From positions 62,851 to 126,850 of the forward strand of contig JBMOGB010000001.1 in NCBI GenBank assembly GCA_049318585.1: a stretch of 64,000 bases of DNA, written 5' to 3'. How positions within the stretch are numbered: position 1 is the first letter of the stretch; each line of letters begins with the position of its first letter. Position numbers and translations under genes: made by a program. Below the pieces are notes generated by a model. That model was given only the letters and a program-made list of their open reading frames with translations, had not been told where the DNA came from and did no database searches. The stretch comes from Bacteroidia bacterium. Lineage in GTDB: Bacteria; Bacteroidota; Bacteroidia; UKL13-3. Of this stretch, positions 42,794 through 51,353 are shown piece by piece.

Positions 42794-44131
42794 TTATTTT
42801 TTACATTCTCTACAATAAGGGAATCTTTTCAATTGTTTATATTCTCTTAAGAATTCATGTCCAAGGTTGCAACAAAACTTTAATTTTTCATGTTGATTGA
42901 TATAATCTTTTGACAAGCAGGCTAACCCAATTTTATTGGCAAATAATTTAATATCATCTATATTTTTTTTGTTTGTAGAACAGCATTGTTTGCACCAATA
43001 TCCACTTTTAATATAAGTGGGTTTTGATTTGAATACATGTTGATTTTTACATTTGCAGATAATAATATCATTTGAAGAAACTATATCTTCAGATATAATC
43101 TCACCGCCTTTTTCTTTTGCAATATTTTGTAATTTTATAAAATATTCTTTATTTTTATTATTAATATATGCTTTATTATAGTCGATAATAATTTCATCAA
43201 AATTATTTGGAAGTTCTATATTTTGTTTAACGCATTCTAATTTTATAATATTTTTCAAATCTTGTATTTTTGTTTTTTCAAATAGCTGATTAATCGTTAT
43301 TAATTTCACATTATGTTTTTTGCATAATATATTTTTTGTTTTATCATCATTTAATCTTTTTATAAAAGAATCATTTGACATTTTAAATTTCTTAACTATA
43401 GAATAATGTTGTTTACCATTATGTTCAAAAGCAATATTTAGTTCATTGCAAAATCCATCAAGTTCCATTATAAACCCATCTGAATTGACAAGCCATGGCG
43501 GTTTAATTTTTGGAAATTTGTTATTAAATATTGTTTCAAAATATATTCTTGTTATTTCTTCTGATATGGAAGTTTTGCAATAAGGGCACCATTGTCCTTT
43601 CTTTATTTTATTAGGAGCCATTATAAAATTATGATTATTAAAACATTTAAATTTTAGTTTATCGTGATTATTATTACATATGATGGATAATAATTCTCCG
43701 CCTCTATTTGTTGCAATGGATTTTATGTCTTCAATTTTAGTTTTGCCTAAATTAGAGCAATAAGGGCACCAATGATTTGATAATATTACGTCAATAGAAG
43801 TTTCCCATTTGTGGTTATTTTTGCATTCAAATTGATATTTGCTTTTTTTTGTGGAATATTTTATTGATAATAACTTGCCTTTTTTATTTTCTGCAATGCT
43901 ATTTATGTAAGATAATATATATTTTTCTCTGCATTTTTCGCATTTTATTTTATTTGATGTTTTTTCTATGTTTCCTTTCGCGGTTGTTTTGTAAATTATT
44001 GTTTTGATTGGTTTATCAAATATATAATTGCAAGATTTGCATTTCCATTTTGCGATGGCATTAAGATTTAAAAATAATGGGATTAAATTATTTTCATTGG
44101 CAATATCCGCAATATTATATTGAATGCCCAT
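42794..44131 (-). CDS. Zn-ribbon / Vsr-DUF559-like endonuclease family, order 3 ZnR - nuclease - 2 ZnR
   Basis: IMELDGFCNELNIAFEHNGKQHY core flanked by units such as KKGKLLSIKYSTKKSKYQFECKNNHKWE..HWCPYCS and KGGEIISED..CKCKNQHVF..YWCKQCC. Confidence 0.8.
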   Translation of the reverse strand: MGIQYNIADIANENNLIPLFLNLNAIAKWKCKSCNYIFDKPIKTIIYKTTAKGNIEKTSNKIKCEKCREKYILSYINSIAENKKGKLLSIKYSTKKSKYQFECKNNHKWETSIDVILSNHWCPYCSNLGKTKIEDIKSIATNRGGELLSIICNNNHDKLKFKCFNNHNFIMAPNKIKKGQWCPYCKTSISEEITRIYFETIFNNKFPKIKPPWLVNSDGFIMELDGFCNELNIAFEHNGKQHYSIVKKFKMSNDSFIKRLNDDKTKNILCKKHNVKLITINQLFEKTKIQDLKNIIKLECVKQNIELPNNFDEIIIDYNKAYINNKNKEYFIKLQNIAKEKGGEIISEDIVSSNDIIICKCKNQHVFKSKPTYIKSGYWCKQCCSTNKKNIDDIKLFANKIGLACLSKDYINQHEKLKFCCNLGHEFLREYKQLKRFPYCRECKK

Positions 44132-44333
44132 TATTGGATATATAACTTTTATTAAAACTACATATAAGTTTGAGGGTCACAATTATAACAAATAAGATTA
44201 TCATTTTCAACCATTTTTTTATTTTTGGCTTTTCTAGTTCTGATTTGTCTACTTTGTAAAGCAGTTTGCAGTTATCATTCTGTAAGTAAAAGGGCATGTG
44301 CATAAAAGCAGGGCGGACAAACATATTTAACAA
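44115..44333 (-). CDS. possible small membrane protein
   Basis: 72-aa ORF filling the gap between two minus-strand genes. Hydrophobic MIILFVIIVTLKLI. No clear SD. Confidence 0.25.
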   Translation of the reverse strand: MLNMFVRPAFMHMPFYLQNDNCKLLYKVDKSELEKPKIKKWLKMIILFVIIVTLKLICSFNKSYISNNGHSI

Positions 44334-44335
44334 TG

Positions 44336-45127
44336 CTAAATATTATGACGCAATTCCATACATTTAGGGCACATATCACGCCCTTTATTATCTTTTACTG
44401 CTTTAGTGGGTTTAACATACTCTGAGCAATATTCGCACATTATAAATATTTTCTTTTTACAAGAATGGCAATAGTCTTCTCCATTTATAGCTGCACTTTT
44501 ATAAGATTCATCGCCACAATTTATACAAGATGTAAATGTTGAATCATAACAAAAAGAGCAAAAATTATCGCCATCATTAGAGATTTTAGAATCTTTTATT
44601 AATATTTGAGATGAGCATCCAGTACAATTTCTATATTTGTCATAATAGCATCTTGAACAATAAATTATACCTTCGATTGATAATATAGTATCATCTTCAT
44701 TTATTAGTTTTTTACAATTTGAGCATTTATCACTGCCTTCTGTTGGCAATTTTGCATCATCATATGCTTTATGACTATAATCTTCATAATATTTTATTAA
44801 ATTTGTCCCGGTTATTACCACCTTCACGCCTAATTTTTCACTCAATATATTTTTAAATCCTTCCAAAACTACAGCAGAATTATCTGGATAGACTTGTTGA
44901 ACAAATAAAACATCTTCTTCTGTTTCAACATTTTTAACAATCCAAACAGCGCTTCTATAAATCATTTTGTCGCCACGACCTTGGAAATCTGATCCATCTG
45001 TAATATAAATAACTCCTATGTTTTTAGAAATACAAGACCCAAGTGTTCCTAAATTATGGGCTTGTCCAAGCCAAGCTGATCCAGGGCGCATATCTTGACA
45101 ACTATCCCATTCGCTTCTAGATGACAT
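44336..45127 (-). CDS. C-terminal part (W-x-SC domain + CxxC zinc-ribbon array) of a gene split at an A8 run
   Basis: MSSRSEWDSCQDMRPGS..GTLGSCISKNIGVIYITDG..MIYRSAVWIV is colinear with residues ~215-560 of the 45746..47431 product. Contains 8 CxxC pairs. Confidence 0.7.
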   Translation of the reverse strand: MSSRSEWDSCQDMRPGSAWLGQAHNLGTLGSCISKNIGVIYITDGSDFQGRGDKMIYRSAVWIVKNVETEEDVLFVQQVYPDNSAVVLEGFKNILSEKLGVKVVITGTNLIKYYEDYSHKAYDDAKLPTEGSDKCSNCKKLINEDDTILSIEGIIYCSRCYYDKYRNCTGCSSQILIKDSKISNDGDNFCSFCYDSTFTSCINCGDESYKSAAINGEDYCHSCKKKIFIMCEYCSEYVKPTKAVKDNKGRDMCPKCMELRHNI

Positions 45128-45129
45128 TC

Positions 45130-45735
45130 CTAATATATCAAAATGTTTTGTGCTAAATACAATATGTAATCCACTATCAATTTTTTTTCTTTTACTCTAT
45201 TCATCCATTCTTTATGACCAGACAGTTCTTCGAATTTAAGAATATTATTAATATCACCATCAAATAATGATTTATAATTTCCTACTAATATTTTATATTT
45301 TGAAATAGTATTATTATAAAATCTACTAAATTTTGGTTTGCCATGCCCAATTTGTATTTCATTATTTCTTAATACTTTCATAAAATAATTTTGGTTATCA
45401 ACTTTAAATTTAAATTCTTTAACTAAAGATAATAATTTATCTAATTCTTGTGCTGTTTTATCATTTTTATCAACCCTTATTATTTCATGTCTTAAATAAA
45501 CAGGGCTAAGTTGATTATAAATCATATCAAATTGATATTTAATTTCATGCATAAATTCTTTTTCATTAGTTGTTGGACTATCTAGTCTATCTTCAACTGG
45601 AACTTTAAAATCAACAAGCCTTGGATCTTTTTGGATAAAGTCTATTCCATCAAGCTTTCTTTTATGTTTTTCTGGAATCCAATCTGGATAATCAATCGCA
45701 AATTTATAAAAGAAATTTATTGCTTTTTTTAACAT
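45130..45735 (-). CDS. N-terminal part (leader + helical domain) of the split gene
   Basis: MLKKAINFFYKFAIDYPDWIPEKHKRKLD.. is colinear with residues 1-200 of the 45746..47431 product. It leaves register exactly at the A8 run and stops 17 codons later (TAG). Confidence 0.7.
   Translation of the reverse strand: MLKKAINFFYKFAIDYPDWIPEKHKRKLDGIDFIQKDPRLVDFKVPVEDRLDSPTTNEKEFMHEIKYQFDMIYNQLSPVYLRHEIIRVDKNDKTAQELDKLLSLVKEFKFKVDNQNYFMKVLRNNEIQIGHGKPKFSRFYNNTISKYKILVGNYKSLFDGDINNILKFEELSGHKEWMNRVKEKKLIVDYILYLAQNILIY
45181..45188 (-). promoter_or_regulatory. A AAA AAA slippery heptamer: candidate -1 frameshift or transcriptional slippage site
   Basis: Coding strand reads GTA AAA GAA AAA AAA TTG. A -1 slip on A_AAA_AAA continues ATT GAT AGT GGA.. 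= KKIDSGLHIVFSTKHFDILGMSSRSEW, matching the paralogue's KKIDDGLQFVFTTKHFDILGMSSRSEW. Confidence 0.6.
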
Positions 45736-45745
45736 ATGACCTTAC

Positions 45746-47431
45746 TTATATAGCTGTAGTTTGATATAGTTCTGGGTTACAGGCATAACAAATATTATTA
45801 CTACTTTTCCATTTTTCTATATCTGGTTCTTCTATTTTATATAATAAGCCGCATTCATTACATTGATCAATTGAGTCCTCAGTTTCTGTACATTCATCAC
45901 AAACATATTTAAAAATAATATTATTATCGCGCAATAAATGTACTTTATTAGCATCTTCTTCGTCAAGATATTTGTTGCATAAACATTCTTCATAATCATC
46001 TATACAGCCTTTGCATACTTGTTTTATAGTATCTCCGCTCTTATCAATTACAGGACAAACATCCTTCTTCAAAAAAGGTTCTTCGCAATCTTTGCACACA
46101 AAACAATCATTTTCAAAACAATTTGGACAATAATTTTCACAATCAACTGTCATTTCATCTTTTATAAATTTATCACACTTATCACATTTAGAATATCCTT
46201 TGCGTTTTGCGCAATCTATACAATAATAATATTCATCGTACTCATAATCGCGAACTAGTACTATTTCATCATTTTCCCGTGCTCCGTTACAATTTTCGCA
46301 ATAACTATATGATGCAGCAAAGCAACTCTCACAATATAAATCATTAGCATATTCCACTATATTTTGATCATTTAATGCGCCATTACAAATGCAACAGTTT
46401 TCGCCTCCTTTTACTGATAAATCAGCATCATCATATGCTTTATGTTCATAATCCTCATAATATTTTATTAAATCTGCCCCGTTTATTACAATCTCCATAC
46501 CCAATTTTTCTTTTAATATATTTTTAAAACCTTCTTTAACTACAGCAGAATAATCTGGGTAAACTCTTTGAACGAATAAAACGTCTTCATCTGTATCCAT
46601 ATCTTTTACAATCCAGACGGAGCTTCTATAAATCATTTTTTCGCCGCGTCCTTCATAATCTGATCCATCTGTAATATATATAATTCCTATATTTTTAGAG
46701 ACACAAGAGCCAAGCGTTCCTAAATTAAAATCTGATGTTAGCCAAGTTGACCCTGGACGCAAATCTTGGCAGCTTTTCCATTCGCTTCTTGATGACATTC
46801 CTAATATATCGAAATGTTTAGTTGTAAATACGAATTGTAAACCATCATCAATTTTCTTTTCATTTATTCTATTCATCCAGTCTTTATAGCCAGGTATATC
46901 TTCAAACATTTTTGGGGCTAAAACGTGACGAAATATGTCCTTATATTTTTCTATATTTTTATATCTTTCTAAAATTTTGATATATTTTGAAATAGTTTTA
47001 TTATAAAATTTAGAAAAAGTTAAATCGGCAGTACCAATTTTAATGTTATTATCTCTTAATACTTTTATAAAATAACTTTCAATACACACTTTATCAGAAA
47101 AATCTATTGCTAATGACGTTAATTTTTTTAATTCTTCAACTGTTTTGTCGTTTTTATCAATTTCTTTTATAATATCTGTATATTCACTTGAATTAAGAGT
47201 TTTAATTAAACTAAAATTATATCTAATTGCTGGCATTAATTCTTTTTCATTAGATGTTGGAATATTTAGTCTATGTTCAACTGGAACTTTAAAATCAACA
47301 AGCCTTGGATCTTTTTGGATAGAGTCTATTTTATCAAGCTTTCTTTTATGTTTTTCTGGAATCCAATCTGGATAATCAATCGCAAATTTGTAAAAGAAAT
47401 TTGCTGCTTTAAATATATTCATTATGTTCAT
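45746..47431 (-). CDS. leader-tagged protein: helical N-domain + W-x-SC domain + CxxC zinc-ribbon array (unsplit paralogue)
   Basis: 561 aa. IFKAANFFYKFAIDYPDWIPEKHK leader. SRSEWKSCQDLRPGS..GSCVSKNIGIIYITDG. C-terminus has >10 CxxC pairs with LIM-like spacing. Confidence 0.7.
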   Translation of the reverse strand: MNIMNIFKAANFFYKFAIDYPDWIPEKHKRKLDKIDSIQKDPRLVDFKVPVEHRLNIPTSNEKELMPAIRYNFSLIKTLNSSEYTDIIKEIDKNDKTVEELKKLTSLAIDFSDKVCIESYFIKVLRDNNIKIGTADLTFSKFYNKTISKYIKILERYKNIEKYKDIFRHVLAPKMFEDIPGYKDWMNRINEKKIDDGLQFVFTTKHFDILGMSSRSEWKSCQDLRPGSTWLTSDFNLGTLGSCVSKNIGIIYITDGSDYEGRGEKMIYRSSVWIVKDMDTDEDVLFVQRVYPDYSAVVKEGFKNILKEKLGMEIVINGADLIKYYEDYEHKAYDDADLSVKGGENCCICNGALNDQNIVEYANDLYCESCFAASYSYCENCNGARENDEIVLVRDYEYDEYYYCIDCAKRKGYSKCDKCDKFIKDEMTVDCENYCPNCFENDCFVCKDCEEPFLKKDVCPVIDKSGDTIKQVCKGCIDDYEECLCNKYLDEEDANKVHLLRDNNIIFKYVCDECTETEDSIDQCNECGLLYKIEEPDIEKWKSSNNICYACNPELYQTTAI

Positions 47432-47565
47432 GTAAATATATGCAACTATTATTATATTATTAATATGAAAATATATTAAGACTATTTTATTAATTGCTAT
47501 AAAAGCGACAACCTAAACTATTTGAATTACAACATATAATTAATTATATATGAAGGAAATTATTA

Positions 47566-48111
47566 ATGAGTTCAACTAACCGAGGGGCTGTAAGAAATAA
47601 TAACGATTACTATGCAACTCCTGATTGGGTAACAAACCTTATATTGCCTATTTTAAAATGGAACGCCCAAGATATAGTTATGGATCCAAGCGCTGGTGAC
47701 GGGGCTATTTTGCGCGCTGTAGAGGCATATGGGAAACAATCTAAGCTTTGTGGATTTGAAATTGATCCAATCTTAGCAAAACAAAGTAATGTTATATGTG
47801 CAAATGCATTAACTATTGAAACTTGGGGAAAACCAAATAAAATTATCATGAATCCTCCTTTTTCTTTGGCTCAAGAATTTTGTGAACGCGCAATATCTGA
47901 AGTTTCTAAAGGTGGAGAAGTAGCCTCTCTTATGCGTTTGGCAATGTTAGAAAGTAGAAAGCGAGAACAATTTTGGAATAATAATCCGTGCGACATATAT
48001 GTTTTAGGTAAACGACCATCATTTACTGGTGGCAAAACTGATTCGACAGCTTATGCTTGGTTTGTTTGGGGGTCAGAAAGAGGAAACCATTGGTGGAGAT
48101 TGGACAAATAA
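47566..48111 (+). CDS. small N6-adenine-type DNA methyltransferase (orphan)
   Basis: SD gaaggaaat lies upstream. VMDPSAGDGAIL (motif I) and IIMNPPFSLAQEF (motif IV, NPPF). 181 aa. Confidence 0.7.
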   Translation: MSSTNRGAVRNNNDYYATPDWVTNLILPILKWNAQDIVMDPSAGDGAILRAVEAYGKQSKLCGFEIDPILAKQSNVICANALTIETWGKPNKIIMNPPFSLAQEFCERAISEVSKGGEVASLMRLAMLESRKREQFWNNNPCDIYVLGKRPSFTGGKTDSTAYAWFVWGSERGNHWWRLDK

Positions 48112-48112
48112 G

Positions 48113-49249
48113 TCACAATGCTGCGAAATTAATATTAATTGAATCTATATTTAATTTTGGAAATTTTAGTTTCATAAAATCAATTAAATTATTTGGTTTA
48201 AAATTATTATCAAAATATGGAATAACGACTAATTTAATATTATTTTCTTTGCATTTTTGGAATTTAAATTCGTCTCTTTCTTTTTGTTCCTTTAGTTTTT
48301 GTTCAGTTATTCTAAATTCTTTTACAACTTCATAATGCTGCCTTCCTTGATATTCAAAAGCAATATCTAACTCATTGCAAAATCCATCAAGTTCTAAATT
48401 CACTTTATGTTTATATTTTAGAAAATTTGGGCGACATTTTATAAAAGGTTTATTAAAAACTGTTTCAAAAAATAATTTGCAACATCGCTCTCCATATCCT
48501 CGCCTGCAATCTGGGCACCATCTATTATTTTTTACATTATTAAAATTTGAAGTAAAAATATGATTCTTTTCGCATTGCCAGTTCATAATGGTTCTATTAT
48601 TAATATAGTTTTCTGATAGGCATTTTGCGCCTGGGTGATTATCTTGCATCCACGACTTAATATTATCTAAAGATAATCTCATTGATTCATTATAACATTT
48701 TTTGCACCAATTTTTATTCACTATATGACTGAAAGAATTTTCCCAAATATGATTATTTTTACATTGCCATTTCATTTTTTCATTAACATTTTTGTAACTT
48801 TCCGATAAGCATTTAGCCCCTGCATGATTATTATTAATCCAATCAATTATTTTTGTTATAGAATAATTATTATTTTCTTTATGGCAAGTGGGGCACCATG
48901 TTCCATATTTTATGTGGTTAAAAGTAGCTTTCCAAGAATGTTGTTTTTCACATTGCCAAATCATTTGTTCATGTGGACCAATATATTCTTTTGATAAGCA
49001 AGTAGCTTCTGGATGATTAATCTGTAACCATTTATTAATTTTACCAAGCGAATTATTTCTTTTTTGTTTGTAGCAAATTGGGCAGTTTTTGTTTTTCTTA
49101 ATGCAAGAAAATTTTGTGGTGAAAATATGATTATTGTTACATTGCCAAGTCGCTTCAGCTCTTATATTTCTATATTTTGATATTATTATTATATTTGGGT
49201 TATTAATTATTAACCAATTTTTTACGTCTTCTATATCATTTTTTTTCAT
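48113..49249 (-). CDS. Zn-ribbon array (4 units) + C-terminal Vsr/DUF559-like endonuclease
   Basis: HPGAKCLSENYINNRTIMNWQCEKNHIF...RWCPDCR and similar units, then NLELDGFCNELDIAFEYQGRQHY..KERDEFK. Confidence 0.8.
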   Translation of the reverse strand: MKKNDIEDVKNWLIINNPNIIIISKYRNIRAEATWQCNNNHIFTTKFSCIKKNKNCPICYKQKRNNSLGKINKWLQINHPEATCLSKEYIGPHEQMIWQCEKQHSWKATFNHIKYGTWCPTCHKENNNYSITKIIDWINNNHAGAKCLSESYKNVNEKMKWQCKNNHIWENSFSHIVNKNWCKKCYNESMRLSLDNIKSWMQDNHPGAKCLSENYINNRTIMNWQCEKNHIFTSNFNNVKNNRWCPDCRRGYGERCCKLFFETVFNKPFIKCRPNFLKYKHKVNLELDGFCNELDIAFEYQGRQHYEVVKEFRITEQKLKEQKERDEFKFQKCKENNIKLVVIPYFDNNFKPNNLIDFMKLKFPKLNIDSININFAAL

Positions 49250-49289
49250 AATTATGATGTTGTCCTATTATTATATTCGTATTTTTTGT

Positions 49290-51029
49290 ATGAAAAAGTT
49301 TTCAATTGAAGATTTAAAATCTTTTGCAAGTGATGAAACGGATAAAACAGAAGTTCCTCAATGGCCAATAAGTAGTTTCAAATCTTTGGGTGAGTTTGGA
49401 GCTGGCGATAAACGGCATAAAGGAAAACACGACGGTATAGATTTAGCAGCCCCAGCTAGCACCCCAGTATACCCAATGCTTAGTGGTAAAGTAACAAAAG
49501 TAAGTTCGGAATCTAGACTTTGGGTAGAAGGAGATCCAAAGCAAGGCAATGCACTAACGATAGTTCATGATAATGGCATGAATACATTTTATGCCCATCT
49601 TGAAAAAGTAACAGTTAGTGATGGGACATTGGTAACTCAAACCACGCAAATTGGTACGAATGGAATGTCTGGTAATGCAAGAAATACAAGTCCGCATGTA
49701 CATTTTGAAGTAAGGAATAAAGGCAATCCAGTAAATCCAAGGAGCGTGATTGGCAAAGCTGATTCTGAAATTAAACCAAAAGCAAAGGCGCCAAAAACTA
49801 AAGTAGAACCAACAACTACAACTGCTCCTATAACTACAGATGTGCTTGAAACTACAACTGTGCCTGAAACTACAGTTACTTTAACCGCCCCTATAAAACC
49901 AGAAGCTAGATTAAAAATATTAAGAGAGCTTAACAAGTTTGGTTCTCCATATAGAGAGCCAGCTATTATTGAAGGAGATAGCAGTCCATTGGATATTTCA
50001 GATAATAATAAAAAAATTCTTATTAATGAAATATTAGCAAGATATAACAAAAGAGAAATATGGAATTATGTTATAGTTTTAGAAAAAGAACTTGGCACAT
50101 TAAATTCTGCAAATAAAAAAGAAAAGCAGAAAATAATTATAGAAATCTTTGAAAAAATTGATAATAAATTAAAATCATTAAAGTCATTATATCAAGAGTT
50201 ATCAAGAATAGTGCCTGAACATCATTTGATTTTTGAATTACATACTATAGTAAATAAATTAAATGAAAAATTTGAAATGTTGAGTTCTATTTGCCACAAA
50301 AAAATTATACTTGGGATTGGTTTTGATAAAAAAATTGAAGAATTCAATAATATAGTTTTAGAATATATTCACATCGTAAAAACTGAAATAAAATCAATAA
50401 TTTCAAAATTTGGAACATTAACCAGAGCATTATCAACTAAAGATATTATTAATAGAAGGAAACAATTAGCTGAAGATTATACTCCAAAACAATCTATTAT
50501 AGATGTTTATATTAATAATTATCAGGGTTTATTTCATGGATCATACCTTTATGTATATGTTGATTTTAAATATATAAAAGAAAAAATTATTAAATTAAAA
50601 GAAGATATTGAATACTATATGAAAAATAAAGATTGGAATGAATCATATAATCGTAGTAATTTTGTCCCATATATACATTCATTTAAGAATTCATTAAATG
50701 AAAAATTAGAACTTATAGATAAACGCGCTAATAAAATCATACAAATTACTGAAGGTAAAGGCTCTTTAATTGAATATTTTAATCGCACATATAATGAGGC
50801 AAAAATATTAATAGAGGATATATTAAAAGAAACAGCTAATTTTGATAATGATCGTGATTCTTGGTTTGTTTATAGCTTTGGTAATATATTAAAAAGATAT
50901 ATTATTTTATTAAAAAAATTAGAAGAAAAAATGGAAGAATTAGAAAATTGCAGTAATGCTATATACCAAAAAGTATATAAAGAATATTATGATAATTACG
51001 GCAAACATAAACATCATAAATTGCATTAA
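49290..51029 (+). CDS. M23-family (LytM-type) peptidoglycan metallopeptidase with long helical C-terminal extension
   Basis: HKGKHDGIDLAAP (HxxxD), NTFYAHL and SPHVHFEV (HxH). ATG 49290 (or 49254) avoids overlap with the divergent gene (the track starts at 49134). Has a Thr/Pro linker and a ~380-aa K/E/I-rich tail. Confidence 0.75.
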   Translation: MKKFSIEDLKSFASDETDKTEVPQWPISSFKSLGEFGAGDKRHKGKHDGIDLAAPASTPVYPMLSGKVTKVSSESRLWVEGDPKQGNALTIVHDNGMNTFYAHLEKVTVSDGTLVTQTTQIGTNGMSGNARNTSPHVHFEVRNKGNPVNPRSVIGKADSEIKPKAKAPKTKVEPTTTTAPITTDVLETTTVPETTVTLTAPIKPEARLKILRELNKFGSPYREPAIIEGDSSPLDISDNNKKILINEILARYNKREIWNYVIVLEKELGTLNSANKKEKQKIIIEIFEKIDNKLKSLKSLYQELSRIVPEHHLIFELHTIVNKLNEKFEMLSSICHKKIILGIGFDKKIEEFNNIVLEYIHIVKTEIKSIISKFGTLTRALSTKDIINRRKQLAEDYTPKQSIIDVYINNYQGLFHGSYLYVYVDFKYIKEKIIKLKEDIEYYMKNKDWNESYNRSNFVPYIHSFKNSLNEKLELIDKRANKIIQITEGKGSLIEYFNRTYNEAKILIEDILKETANFDNDRDSWFVYSFGNILKRYIILLKKLEEKMEELENCSNAIYQKVYKEYYDNYGKHKHHKLH

Positions 51030-51041
51030 AATATTTCACAT

Positions 51042-51353
51042 TCAATTTTCTTCAAAAATATCAAAATTAAATATATAATCTTCATTATTATTGTCATTAA
51101 TAAAATCTAAAATATTTTCACCTTTAACCGTTTGCAATATATAATTATTTAAATTCCCTTCATCTTCTTCTTTAAACAGAGTTGCTTTAAACATTGTTTG
51201 TTTTAATATTTCATTTTTTATGATGCTTTTTACAAGACTGCATTGAAAGTTAGCATCTTCTGTTTCATTAATTGAATTATATATCTTTTTATATTCTTGA
51301 TATTTTTGATTGTAACTATAAGTTTTCATAACATTATTTTTCGTATTCTTCAT
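51042..51353 (-). CDS. hypothetical acidic protein
   Basis: 103-aa ORF immediately downstream of, and overlapping by 20 nt, the HEAT-family gene on the same strand. Confidence 0.45.
   Translation of the reverse strand: MKNTKNNVMKTYSYNQKYQEYKKIYNSINETEDANFQCSLVKSIIKNEILKQTMFKATLFKEEDEGNLNNYILQTVKGENILDFINDNNNEDYIFNFDIFEEN

Noticed and set aside
49134-49289. Upstream extension of the M23 peptidase ORF (hydrophobic MLHCQVASALIFLYFDIIIIFGLL..).
   Set aside because: It overlaps the 5' end of the divergent endonuclease gene on the other strand. It looks like an AT-rich shadow frame, so an internal ATG (49290 or 49254) was preferred.
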